Assembly (NCBI RefSeq): GCF_001194135.2
Contig: NC_068988.1
Location: forward strand, 10,620,057 to 10,684,056
Reading direction: 5' to 3'
DNA: 64,000 nt
From: Octopus bimaculoides
Taxonomy: Eukaryota
Position 1 is the stretch's first letter. Each line of letters opens with the position of its first letter. A program made the translations under genes and the position numbers. The notes under the pieces are model-generated. The model did not search any database. It was not told the origin of the DNA and saw nothing but the letters and a program-made list of their open reading frames with translations. This document shows, piece by piece, positions 40,050 to 53,257 of this stretch.

Positions 40050-40900
40050 TCTCACTTCAGACTCTTCCAACCGCACTCTTATTCGCGAGATACTTCACAG
40101 AATAACCGAACCTGTTGTGTCCCAGGAACCGAATTCAGCCGCAGCCGGTTCGATCGCTGATGGGCTCGTTGTCCCCAAGAATATGGATGCCCAACGCAAC
40201 TGGGACGACATCAGATGCACGTCCACTCTCGAGAGGCTCCAGGCATCACTACATCAATACCTCTGTGCCTGTCTCGGTTCTACCTCGCAGCCAGACAGTG
40301 CCACATGGCTGCATTCGGTGCTCTCCTCATCTACCAGTACCCTTCTAGATGTTGAGGACAGCCGTATCGAAGGGGCCGAACGCCTCGGTCTCCACGTGTG
40401 AGAGCTTCAGAAATAACGCTGCGTGGCGGTAGTAAACTAATCCGGCCTGCACCATTTATCCTGCAGCCTTATCGCGGGACCATTCCCCTGACACTCCGGT
40501 TTGGATGACAAAATCGAAACGCACCTACACGCGGTTGGCATATCATCATCACTTTCGAGGAAGACAGATCTCTAATCGAGATCGTGATGTGCAGCAATAC
40601 GCTCGTTATATCCAACCTTGGAGCTTCTGTCGCAATCCCTGTTTTCGTCGACCGTAACTCAGAGGAGACAAAAATCAATAAATACAGAAGACTGGCCGGC
40701 TACTATCTGTTTCTTCCGCTCACCATCGAGACAACAGGTATTCAAGAAGTCTGTACAATCAATTTCCCCTGCGAAAGGAGGGATAATGGTGGCCGGTCGG
40801 AAAAAATGAGTCCCGCAATATGGAGTGGGTGATGCAACGATTGTCAGTGCCATTTTCCGCGACAACGCCATCGCGGTCATTAATGCGGAGTGCGCTTAGC
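40050..40900 (+). mobile_element. CRE-clade RLE non-LTR retrotransposon, 3' fragment
   Basis: SQPDSATWLHSVLSSSTSTLLD...RIEGAERLGLHV, then GLHHLSC (zinc-knuckle region), then CSNTLVISNLGASVAIPVFVDRNSEETKINKYRRLAGYYLFLPLTIETTGI, then WVMQRLSV..FRDNAIAVI. This matches CRE-like WDATC...AE..K..KY..L...F.P.AIET.G and QRLSxAxQRGNA. The segment is GC-rich relative to its flanks. Confidence 0.8.
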
Positions 40901-41918
40901 ACCTCATTTTCTCTGAGATTTGTGGCGCATCGGCTTCTTCTCCTCCATCTTCCACCGCTTTACTCCAACACCTATATTTCTTCCCTTCGTTTCCTTTTCT
41001 TTCTCTCCCTTCTTATCTATGTTCTTTTCAGTTTGCTTTGTATTTAATTGCTCTAATAGAGTAAACTAAATGAAGATAAATAACGTAAACACTTTCTATG
41101 ATTAAGTAATATGTAAAAAGAAAAGAAAAGACGCTAGAGTCTCAGAGAATCCCTATCAGGTGTTTGGAACTAACAGTGGTTTGCTTCTATGGTTTTATAT
41201 CAACCGCGGTTCGACTAAGGAGATTAACAAATTAGGATAAGAGCAAACATACAAGCTCAACAAACTGTAACAGAAAGTATTAAATTCCTCACAAATTACT
41301 CCGCTGACTCTGGATGTGAACGTTAAATAATAAGTCTAGTTGAGCAATCGATTAAATAAATTGACACTTCTGGTCGTTAATGACCGAGATATCCTGTTTA
41401 CTTAATCAAAAGTTTGTAGCGATAATACATCTCACGAGCTTATAAAATTCAGACGTGATCACAGAGATTTCGATGAAATTTTATTGAATCTAAAAGGAAA
41501 TCATTTCGCGTCTATAGACACTTATGGAATCGATTTGCTATTGCAAAATGTGAGTTCCTGCTTCCTTTTAAAATTCCCAACGTAGAAAGAATAAAATATA
41601 TATTTATATTTCTTTTCAGAATATATATATTTATATTTCTTTTCAATTTTCCGAATATGTAATTAAACTGCATTGAGATTAGAAATACATACAGCAATGA
41701 GAAATACAGATATACTGTCTTGGAAAATGTCCAAAATATCAAGAAACCATCAGGTACAAGAGAAACAAAATGTATCATTAAACCGGTTTTAGACTAAAAG
41801 TAGGTAGGATGGTATTAGACAGGAAGAGAGAGCTATTGGAATGTTGATAAGAAAATAAATGTATCAGTTGTGTAATAGCCTTCACTTATGCAAATTAGTG
41901 TGTAGTGACGAATTCATT

Positions 41919-42125
41919 CTCACTGTGTGGCAACTAGGGCCCGTGTCTTGTGGCGATCAAAGCCTTGTGAGTGGACGGAATCTGCAAGAAGTATGTCGTA
42001 TATACGTATATGTGTATCCTTTAAGTTCGTTTGCATATATGTGTGTGTGTGCGTGTGTGTGCCTGTGTGCATCTTCGTGTCTGTGTTTGTCCCAACCCCT
42101 TGCTAGAAAATAAGCGATGTTTGTA
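41919..42125 (+). mobile_element. Degenerate tRNA-derived SINE (family A) with 3' extension
   Basis: 'cactgtgtggcaactagggc...gatcaaagccttgtgagtggacggaatctgcaagaagtatgtcgtata', then (TG) repeats and 'gtgtctgtgtttgtcccaacccc'. Confidence 0.6.
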
Positions 42126-42430
42126 TATTTTGTGACGAACTCATCCATATGATATAAACACAGTCAAGAGGATGTAATTCAGACACACTCACTTGCCCTC
42201 TGTACAATGATATCCCTAAACCGAATAACCGATTATTGTTTTCACGGTAAACGCTATACAAGACGTATTTTGAGATCAAAGCCCCAAAATATCCATTTCG
42301 ATCTTGGCACTGTCACCCAAGGGAAATTACGATTATGTATGGCGTCTTAATGTGACACAGACGATGGTATTTATATACATGCATACACAGAGAGAGATGG
42401 AGAGATAGAGAGAGAGAGATGCAAGAGATA

Positions 42431-42488
<58 letters not shown>

Positions 42489-43034
42489 GCGTATGAATTT
42501 GTGAGTGGGATGGTGTATATCGACAAACCTACATAAATATATTTATATCCGCATGAATAATTATCCCTTTATCTATCAATCTACACACACACACATACAC
42601 ACACACTCACACACGCACACACACATACACACACATAGATATATAGGCATACAAATGTCCGTGTCTTACTCTATGTACTCGAACATGAGATTTTGCGTTA
42701 CAGAAGACGATAAAATATACCGACATTACTATATTATTAGTCTGAAATAAAATTTATGCTTCGCAATATTGCTATTAGAAGCAACAATGGAACCATCTAA
42801 GGAGAATTGAATCAATTGTTATAACATATCTGTGATGTATAAAGAAATGCCAATGGTAGAATAGCATATACGAATACGGCGTCCATGGATTGGATGATTT
42901 TATTTAGGGGCTGAAAAATTTGTTTCGATGTTATCTCTAATAGATATGTTATTTCATCCAACCACCTCGACCACCATTACATACATGCATACATACATAC
43001 ATACATACATATATACATACATACATACATATAC

Positions 43035-43190
43035 GTGGCTGTCTGGTAAGTAGCTTACTTACCAGCCACATGGTTCCGGGTTCAGACCCACTCCGTGGCA
43101 CTTTGGGCAAGTGTCTTCTACTATAGCCTCGGGTCGACCAAAATCTTGTGAGTGGATTTGGTAGGCAGAAACTGAAAGAAGCCCGTCGTA
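43035..43190 (+). mobile_element. tRNA-derived SINE (family A), well preserved
   Basis: A-box-like 'tggctgtctggta' and B-box-like 'gggttcagacccac', then 'ttgggcaagtgtcttctactatagcctcgggtcgaccaaaatcttgtgagtggatttggtaggcagaaactgaaagaagcccgtcg' and a (TA)n tail. Inserted next to (CATA)n. Confidence 0.85.
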
Positions 43191-43510
43191 TATATGTATA
43201 TATATATATATATATATATNNNNNNNNNNNNNNNNNNNNNNNNNNNNNNNNNNNNNNNNNNNNNNNNNNNNNNNNNNNNNNNNNNNNNNNNNNNNNNNNN
43301 NNNNNNNNNNNNNNNNNNNNNNNNNNNNNNNNNNNNNNNNNNNNNNNNNNNNNNNNNNNNNNNNNNNNNNNNNNNNNNNNNNNNNNNNNNNNNNNNNNNN
43401 NNNNNNNNNNNNNNNNNNNNNNNNNNNNNNNNNNNNNNNNNNNNNNNNNNNNNNNNNNNNNNNNNNNNNNNNNNNNNNNNNNNNNNNNNNNNNNNNNNNN
43501 NNNNNNNNNN

Positions 43511-43547
<37 letters not shown>

Positions 43548-43589
43548 GTATATATATATATGGATTAAAACAGCTTAATTAAAATTTGT

Positions 43590-44480
43590 AGGTACTCTTG
43601 AGTTTCAAGCGTGATCCTAATCCTCAACCATTTTAAATTTGAATGACAGAAGGTGATTGTTATTACAAAAGTTGATTCGTCGCGGAAGTTCGTATGGTGT
43701 CTTTGTTTGATGTTGGTATATGGGTAACAGTTAGCTGGAAAATAACATATGGCAAGGAGGAAATTGACCACGTGGCTAATCGAAATCAGCCAGGTTGTGG
43801 GCGAGGTAGGAATGGGGGGGATGTGCATTTGACATGGTAGAGTACAAATGTATTATTCTTTAATAGGAACTTTATTGACAGTAACGTCGAAGTTTCGGAA
43901 CCTGAGTCAACAGCAACCGCAGAAGTATTTGACTTCAACTTTGGTTTCTATAATCTCTCTTAAGTTAATAATATTCTGTAGTAAGATGACCTCTGTTGAA
44001 TTATAATTAATTTTATGGCAGTGCATGATGACCAATTGTTATGGAGAATTTTTATTGATTAAATTTGGTGATGTACAATAATTTATAATTTATTCATCAA
44101 TGTTGAACTGTGTAATTGAGTGCCCTGATTTAGGTGTGTCATCTGCAGGTCATAAGGTTCAGAGAATAATATAATTAAATAGCTGGTCGGCAGTTATGCA
44201 ACTCGGTTTAGTTCGCATTGATTTATATTTGCATATTAAAGGAATATTTAAACTTTTGTTTGGAAAATATTTAATCCTCATATTTCAGAACAGTATTTAA
44301 GCCTTTAGAATTAGCTGTGTTTACAAGATAAGCCGGCTTTCATGTTGTGGTTTTATAAAGGTTCATAAAAGTATATAAATAGGAGATAAGTTTTATTTTG
44401 ATGGCCAACTTCTGTTAATTAGTTCTTTTTACCTGTTTGTCTTGGCAGGTTGTTGGTTATCGTCTTAAGCATGTGAGAGT
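43590..44480 (-). mobile_element. Possible heavily decayed LINE reverse transcriptase fragment
   Basis: T-rich skew on the plus strand. Minus strand near 44130-44200 reads ADQLFNYIIL*TL*PADDT, resembling the RT motif P.LFN.YI.D...YADDT. Confidence 0.3.
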
Positions 44481-45719
44481 GCTATTAGTATGAAAAATAT
44501 TATTTATTTACAATTATTATTCGCAAGAAGATGGAACAAATTTTAAATATCTTTAGTCCGTCTCTGAGAGATGAATGTTCTGCAAATCATTTGCTTACTT
44601 TTTAGAAATGTTGACCTTTGTGTATAGGGAGATACAGTTTAGAAACTATTTTTCATAAATATTTCTTTTCGTTTTGAAGGTTGGTTATTTTATAACATAT
44701 TTGTTGAAGATATTAAAATATGCGATCACTAAGCAATAAATAGCGTGCAATAAAATTCTAAGCCAGCGTATTTTTCTGTCATCTTTGCATATATGCATGT
44801 GTAGGTTTGTGGACTTATTTAGAATGATTTTAGAATGATTTGTAGAAACGTTTTTGGAAAAAAACATATTGCAAACACGAAGAAGCAGCTCTTACGCAGA
44901 AGCACTCATTAATGGAAAATATTACAAATAAGTGGGAAAACAATGGAATTACGGCCGGTTGAAGAGCACATAAGCAGTTTAGCATTTCAAACTATTACCA
45001 ACCATCAAGCCCCAACATTTTTAACAGATCTCGTAAATTGGATACATTTTAGTTTCATTAAGAATTAGAATATAATTCAAACTGTGTGATTATATAGCCG
45101 ACACAATTGACAGAAATAAAATTTCCTCACGCAGGAAATATATTCTACTGGAAAGAGGAAACACGATTTATGTTGTTCCTGTTTTCTTGTGAGTGTGCTG
45201 GCATGCAGTATTTTGAGTTTGTTCCCTGTGTTTACTTGTACACAATTATGTAAATACGAAAAAAATCTACGATGACAGCAGAATTTATTGTTTTTACAAA
45301 TGTACACTAGTTAGTTTGCACGATGTGATAATAGTAATTTAATCCAGTTCATTTATGAGTAAAGTGGATTGTCAGCCATTATTCAAAATTGCACATTGTT
45401 TTGTGAACCTGCTTAAAAATACACGCATGTCAACGCAAGCACAAATAGATTTACATATGTATCTACCCATAAACACATGCTTATTTATCTACATATATAT
45501 GTGTGTGTGTGAATATATATTTATATATATATAGAGAGAGAGAGGCATATATAAACATATACACATAAGCATATACATATTTATATATGTATACAAATAC
45601 ACAGACAGAAAGAGTGAGATATATATATATATATATGTGTGTGTGTATGTGCGTGAGTGCGTTCATGTATGTGTGTGTGTGTGTGGTTGTATGTGTGTTA
45701 ATATCATCTATGAGGAGGT

Positions 45720-46870
45720 GCTTCTATCATACACCCAAGTGAATAGTCCCTTGGTCAGAAGGATTTGATGTCATCAGACGGTATCCAACGTTCAACAGGT
45801 GTTCCGACCCTGAACGGTAACACGCCCGCGTTGGTGGCTCAGCAAAAGTGGCCAAGGCACTGCCCCTCACTTCTTGCTGGCNNNNNNNNNNGGCAAGGCA
45901 CTGCCCCTCACTTCTTGCTGGCTCCAGCTTAACTCTTCTCTCTTGTTCTAATACCAACAAAAGGCTCTTTCAGCTGCGTCACCCATCCTGCGCACAGCCA
46001 CCCTTCGTTCCTTACCTCTCATCCCAATTGTTGTAAGCATCGTCTATGCCGACTGAGCAGGGAATGGGAAAAACTATACCTGCCATCCCGTCACCCTGCA
46101 ATCATGCAGAATGCTCTCATATCTGGCACGCTTCCGTTCACGGGCCTCATCATACACCTATTCCCACGGGAATGTGAATTCAATTCCGATACTTTTCTTT
46201 TCACACCGCAAGACAACATCTGTTTGTATGAGCAGCAATGGGAAACTCTCCCCTAAGTCCACTTTCACATGGCATGTTTCAAATCCATGCAGCAAGCTAT
46301 GTATTGGTTTCGCTGACCTTACTGGCATCTCTCTCCCTCTTTCACGAACTTAATTGCTGCTGTTGCCTTATCCAGGTGATGATGTTTCTTGCGCCTTTCC
46401 TACGCCGAGTTGTAAAACAGGCTTTTCCGTAACGTCACTGCATGCATCCAAAGTAACTCATGTTTATTCTCTTAATGTGCGGGGGAATATGATAGCAGTT
46501 AAGAGCTGCTTCTATGAGGGCATGAACAATTGATCCGCATGCATTCATATTGCAGATCACCTTTACTTCAATAAGGCTCCTGCATCAGCTGGCTGCGAAT
46601 ATTTGTGTTCCAGACATCCTGAGAAACTCTGAAACATACTTTTCTGGATAGATGTGTTTATATTCCCATTCTCAGTCATGTATGACGTCATCTTTTTCAC
46701 AAGAAAGGTAAAGAAGATTTTCCCTCAACACTCAGGAAGGAAATGGCCCTGAACTGATTAATGGCTGTGGAAATTTTCTTCTTTTGTAACAAAACGTCCT
46801 TCCACGTTCTTCCAGTATATTGGGATGATACCTTTTGTCCAGATATTTCGGAACAGAGTCCACAGCATCC
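45720..46870 (-). mobile_element. HERO-clade RLE non-LTR retrotransposon, 3' fragment (second, divergent copy)
   Basis: Minus strand: AIKFVKEGE...DVVLRCEKKSIGIEFTFPWE*VYDEARERKRARYESILHDCRVTGWQV...LGMRGKERRVAVRRMGDAAERAFCWY*NKREE. This is the HERO RLE signature (IxFVKxGE; ELTVPWEE; ERKRAKY; AAERASxWLW). Confidence 0.85.
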
Positions 46871-47809
46871 AAAAGAGGATTAAAAATTTATGTTAGTCTC
46901 GTTAATTAAATTTTGTTGTTATTATTAAATATAACTAATGTATTTTTTCTTCTAACCGAGGAAATATCCAATGTCTTTATATAGTTGAATACTTTATATT
47001 CTGTATCGTTTTACGCATTGTAATAGGCAAAATATTACTTTCGCGTGTTCCAGGCACATTGTAATTGGAAATACCAAATGATAACCGGCTGTTCTCTTAT
47101 AACATCAACAATTATACCAAAACTAAGATAAATGTATTTCTATTATTTTTTAGCACTTTTAAATTCGTAATAAGATATTTATAAAGTATGAATTTTTCCA
47201 ATAGAATTTTGTTTGTGGATATTGAGATTTCTGTGAGGATTAATGATTTTTTTGTTAAAATATAAAACGGCATTCGGCGTACTACAACGATGAATAATCT
47301 GTACTTCTAAACTTAAGGTAATAATTGAATATGACTTCTGGCGTGCTGTATCATTATGGAGTTTTTCAACTATATATTGCTTGATCTGTGCTGGTCGGTA
47401 ATTATATTGTTTGTATTTCGCTACGCAGCAATTTTCTATAATATTATAATTAAGTTTCCAGCACTGAGCTTATATTTTGGAAATTGCCTTCTATTTTATT
47501 GCTAGCATATTGAAGCCACCTGTTTAATGGAATAGGGAAATGAAAATAATCCACAATGTTTTTATGCAATCCTTGTTGTTTACTCATTCTTTTCTTCGTT
47601 TTACACGGAATATTCTTCCTAATGAATGACTACTGTACTTCGAATGTGCTTGGGAAATATTTGTTTGCACAACTGGGCATCATTGTAATTAAACTATTTA
47701 CCTTCTAAAATCTTTTTGCGTTTCCTATTTACTCCAATGTTTCTCTGTGTTTATTGTCCGATCATCCACGGCACCGATGTTAGCAAAGGGAAAGGCAAAG
47801 GCCAGTATA

Positions 47810-47977
47810 GCTTTGAACCAGACATGTTACAACTCATTTCTACAGCTGAATCAACTGCAACAATGTGAAATAAAGTGACATGCTCAAGAACACAACACGA
47901 AACCTGGAGCGGGAATCGAACTCACAACATCGCGATCGAAACCTCCACGTTTTAAACACTGAGCCAAACGCCTTCAC
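47810..47977 (-). mobile_element. tRNA-derived SINE, CORE-like (family C)
   Basis: Reverse complement 'gtgaaggcgtttggctcagtgtttaaaac...gtgagttcgattcccgc...gtgttgtgttcttgagcatgtcactttatttcacattg' shows an A box (tggctcagtg), a B box (gttcgattcc) and a CORE-like 'ttgagcatgtcacttta' segment. Confidence 0.7.
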
Positions 47978-47986
47978 GTATATATA

Positions 47987-48071
<85 letters not shown>

Positions 48072-49239
48072 NNNNNNNNNNNNNNNNNNNNNNNNNNNNN
48101 NNNNNNNNNNNNNNNNNNNNNNNNNNNNNNNNNNNNNNNNNNNNNNNNNNNNNNNNNNNNNNNNNNNNNNNNNNNNNNNNNNNNNNNNNNNNNNNNNNNN
48201 NNNNNNNNNNNNNNNNTATATATATATATATATATATGAGCAGTTTAATATGAATATTTGTTCGATAGATAAGGTAGATTTATTTCAAGCCGAGTACAAT
48301 GCAAACCGGAAATAAACGACTGCAAAGAGTGATTAGAAAGCCAAAACTAACAACGTACCCGTCCACGTGTGAATATATACTGTTGCATAATCACTTCAGC
48401 CTTGTTCTTGTGCGCATTAGTTATGTACGCTATAATGCGCTGTGATACAACATTGCAATACGAAGTTGATCTTCGTACCTGTAGTTGCGACAGAATAAGT
48501 CTTTCCTGAATAGCCATTTCGAAAATCATTGCAATGCCAAACATAATGGAACAAATGAAGAAACTACAATACTTTACTTGCGTTCTATCACACCTGAGAA
48601 GAGAAATATTTGAATTATCATTGTATACATCCAAAGTGGAAATATATGTGTACCAATTTCAAATGCCAGAGAAATAATTCTTGTTTAACTCTATTCATTA
48701 TGGCTGTTATTGATAGATTGCTCATTGATATCTTGATCGATTCTCGTCCGGAATTAGAAGAATCTGTGCTGAAGTGATTGAACATAGTCACATTAAGTTG
48801 GTAGCACTAATTTCCATGCTGTCGTCTTACGAGTGATTTCCCAAAAGATTCGAGATAATCCACAGATTCGATCGGTAAATTATACACGACTGGATGGCAA
48901 ATCATCTGGGATGAAGATGAAATGCTCGTGTATTCATAATATATATTGATTTAGAGCTGGAAAGATATTCGAATTATTATGATTCAAATGTACAAATGTA
49001 GCGACATTCTCAGTCTTGTGTAACTAAAGACATTGCTCTCATCATCAACACAGCATTCCAATGAATATTTGTTATTAACAATGTATGCTTGATTGTAACC
49101 GTATATATGTTCTTCGAAGTCTAATTATACCCATTCAAATGGATAGAAAAGTCATGGAAGCATATAGATACGTATATGCAACTCATTTATATATGCTTTA
49201 TGCATATATGTGAGCGTGAGTGTATATATATATATTTGC

Positions 49240-49271
<32 letters not shown>

Positions 49272-52076
49272 TTGCATATATATATATATATATATGCATA
49301 TATGTATATATCTATGTATATATATATAAATGTATGGATGTGTGCATGCGTGTTTGTGTGTGTGTGTGTGTCCGTGTCCATAAGTATTTAAATGAATACA
49401 GAATCTCAAATATGTAAATATCTGTGATTTTCAAGCCTCTAAAGGGAAGCATACCGAGAAACATGGATGCAAAATGGAGGCAAAGTAGACATCAAAAAGC
49501 ATAATTTGGAAATTGATTGCAATAAGAGAATACAAACGTGCGCGTTTGATATATGGAAATAGATATTATACAAGTGACAAATATTTCTCCCGCTGTTAAT
49601 TTATTAAGTTATGAATTTACAGTTGAAATGACCCATATGTAAGTTAATATTAAACCCCTACTAATGTCGACAAGGGTATTACACTTCAAGTATTGAAATC
49701 AAAGATTTCATTCTGACTGTGTGTCTTCTATTTCAGTTTTAGCCAAAAAAATGATGAAATATAACAGATTCAGTGGCGTTTAAGCGGAGTATAAAATAAT
49801 ATGATGTTACACGCTGCGAAAATGTATACCACTTTGTTGATAGACGCATTGGAACAGCTGGTTCACTTCTCCATTTGTAAAAAGCATAAACAGACAGAGC
49901 ATGACAGGATATGAACAGCAAAATGAAACAAAAGCACAGCGGAGATTATTTTGTCTATACGGATATTACTATTACCATATTGAATTGAATGGTGTATGAA
50001 ATTAATTCTTCTTATAATATTGGCTATGTACAGCATTTAGAGTGAGATGTTTTATTTTTTTTTACAGCAAAATTACTTTAGTGACAATAACGACGCTATC
50101 GAATTGATATAAATAATGAGAAAATAAAATAATCAGCTATTGTATTTCATTTAACATTAATACGTTAATGGCTCTGAAGCAAACAACGCTGTTCTTATTT
50201 TTAGTTATTTATTCTAATAACGTGAGGCATGAACAGAAATTAATTATTTATTCATGGGTATTAAAATGTTGTAATGATATTAGTTTATGTCAAGGTATTG
50301 ATTCCTTAGTTAGGAACAATGAAAATATTTTTTATATGACTTTATTATTATTATCACATAACACAAAGGGCTAATACTAAATGTTACTAATAATTACAAC
50401 GGCCATACTAATATTGCTGTACATTCGTTTACCCTATAGTGCTATTGTGTGGGTGTATATATATATATATATATATTCCACTCTGTGTGTGTGAGTAAGA
50501 GAACGAGAGAGTGAGAGTGCGTGTGTGTTCTTTATTATTTTGCTAATAGAATTTATGCGAGCAATAATGTCTGGTAGCCATACCAATGAATCAACATCCG
50601 TGCAGGAAAAACTACTCTTTTACATCTAACTGGAGGGACATAAAACATCAAAATGTCATTTTCTACATCAGGACGTCAGACCTCTTTAAAAAAACAGAAT
50701 TAAAAGAAACTCATTATTAAATAGCGCGTGTGGTTGACTAAGCTTGAGCACCATGAATGAATTTACACACTTTTGTGCTATACCATATTTTTATACATAG
50801 GAGACGAATTTGTTGTATGTTCACTCACATCTATTGGACATCGCAGTGTACTGATCACAGAGAAAAGAAATACATTTTTAAAAAGGGTTGTTGAATTTGA
50901 TTTGGACGCATTTTTTATTCTGATATTCTGGCCATATTCTTTGAAAAAAAATGTATGAATAAGAATCCAATTCATTAAATTAGAATATTTCGTCACCTGA
51001 AACTAAGAAAATAATCAATGTACGGGTTCGTTTACATTAGAATTCTGAGAAAAGAAGTGCGACACTATATTCTACAATAGATACTCTATCTATATCCTGG
51101 CCTCAGTGTGGGCAATTTCATACTCATTGCAGCGAAGCGTCACGTAGTAATTTTAAACCGATCTACTGTTATAATTTGCCACAAAATTAACGCACGTTAA
51201 GATTTGATACCAGATTGTAGAAAGCTACAAACTAAGCTCAAGTTATCCTGCCTAATGCTAAAACATTCCAGCTGTCATCTACTCTGCTGTAATTCGTCAG
51301 TTGGCTCTGAAAATATGAAATCCAATTAAATCCCGGCGCCTAAATTACTTTGCAACGTAAACTATTCAAATGACTCAGGTATTTCGACACCTAGGTCAAT
51401 TCTAATAAATATATTCCGAAATTACGGTGGTTCTTTACGATAATATAACAGCTATTGCTATAATGCGAACAGCTATCTTCAAATATTGCTGAACATTTAA
51501 AAGAAAACAGAAATGTTAAGTTATTTATTTCATATTTTAGATCGAATCTTATTGAATTTATTTTATGCATTCCATATTTAATCTCTATATATTTCTCTGT
51601 AGTATGTACAGAATGCGTTCGGCTAATCTACTTAACATCTATTCAGAACTGTAAAAATGAATATATTGTTTAGTGCTTAAGAGCAATATTGTCAAGTGAC
51701 AATTCCCTCATCAATGTAAGCAAGTCAATATTGTATATGAAGTATTGAATAGTGCTGATTAGTAAGTGGAAACGAATGAAAAGGAAAATCTGGCTTAAGT
51801 TTCTGGAAATACATATTAATCTCCCCCGGACTCCGATTAAAGTATATTTCTGTCAGAATCACAATTCATTCAGGTCATTATCTGTAATATTTTGTAATAC
51901 ATACAAAGTTTTCAAAGGATCCAATTCCTACGATTGCATTTCATTTACCTCCATTTATTATAGACCCGATTTCTCAGAATCTGATGGAATGCAAACAGGC
52001 GTTCAAACATATATTTCAATATGCCTCTCTTTCATTTTGTCTTTGTATCCTCTCTCTTCTCTCTCGCCCCTTTGTA

Positions 52077-52129
<53 letters not shown>

Positions 52130-53059
52130 ATGTGTGTGTGTGTATACATACATACAAACACATACACGCACGCACGTAATAAATACGCGCATATACATAC
52201 GAACATATGTGTATGTATGTATGCATGTATGTATGTATGTGTGTATGTATGTACGTACGTATGAGTGATTTCAGAAAGACGGAAGGCAAAATCACTATTC
52301 GTTGAATTAGAATAAATAGATATAAACTTACGTGAGAGAATACAGCAAGTAATATTTTTAGTGACTATCCACGAATCTTTATTGTATTATCTTTGATTAT
52401 CTGATGAAATGAAGAACATATATCAATACCATTTTAATCATTTTACAGAAATATCATATTTGTGAATCGGTTACAAATACTATGCTGCGTATGATATTTA
52501 AAGATGGTTGGTAACGAAAGTTTTCTTCCACCCAAAGAATTATAACAGGGAACTCTTATAAATTTTCGAGAAACTGCACAGACGGTGAAACTATTTTAAA
52601 ACTGCAATTAATAGTGATAATAAAGCTGTTAATATTTTGCGTCTGAGACATAAAACGTTCGTAGTTTAATTTCATTAACTTGGATGTACAGTATTTTGTC
52701 ATCCCCTAAAGTCTTTCACTACCGTTGTTCCTATAAGTTTTAAGAATAAGGCATCTAATACATTCAAATAATGAATCCAGACCCAACCCCTTTGATCGGC
52801 AAACTCTCTGATTCTCTTTCAAATAGCATAATCTAATTGTTAGAACATTTCAGTTACTGGCTAAAAGAATCTCAAAGATGATGGAGATAAAAAAACTTCC
52901 CTAGCACATTGAATCCGTCACCTTCAGAAGTCAGAAATTATTGAAAGCCAAACCACTAATGTCGTTAATTTAGATATCATGTCCAGAAGAAAAATATATC
53001 TTTGCGCTAGATATTAGTAATTCTTATTTCTGTATTGCTCACAAGGAGCTAAGCATAGA

Positions 53060-53257
53060 AGGAACAAACAAGGACAGACAAAGGGGTTAAGTCGATTACA
53101 TCGACCCCAGTGCGTAACTGGTACTTAATTTATCGACCCCGAAGTGATGACAGGCAAAGTTGACCTCGGGGGAATTTGAAATCAGAACGTAACGGCAGAC
53201 GAAATACTGCTCAGCATTTTCGCCCGGCGTGCTAACGTTTCGGCCAGCTCGTTGCCT
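53060..53257 (-). mobile_element. tRNA-derived SINE (family B), near full-length and well preserved
   Basis: 'ggggttaagtcgattacatcgaccccagtgcgtaactggtacttaatttatcgaccccgaa...ggcaaagttgacctcgggggaatttgaaatcagaacgtaac...cattttcgcccggcgtgctaacgtttcggccagctcg'. Confidence 0.85.

Noticed and set aside
43035-43110. tRNA gene candidates (A/B boxes here and at 47900-47977 and 19891)
   Set aside because: No cloverleaf; these are SINE heads.
45853-45921. Duplicated 'caaggcactgcccctcacttcttgctggc' around a 10-N gap
   Set aside because: Same artefact: overlapping contig ends, not a TSD or tandem repeat.
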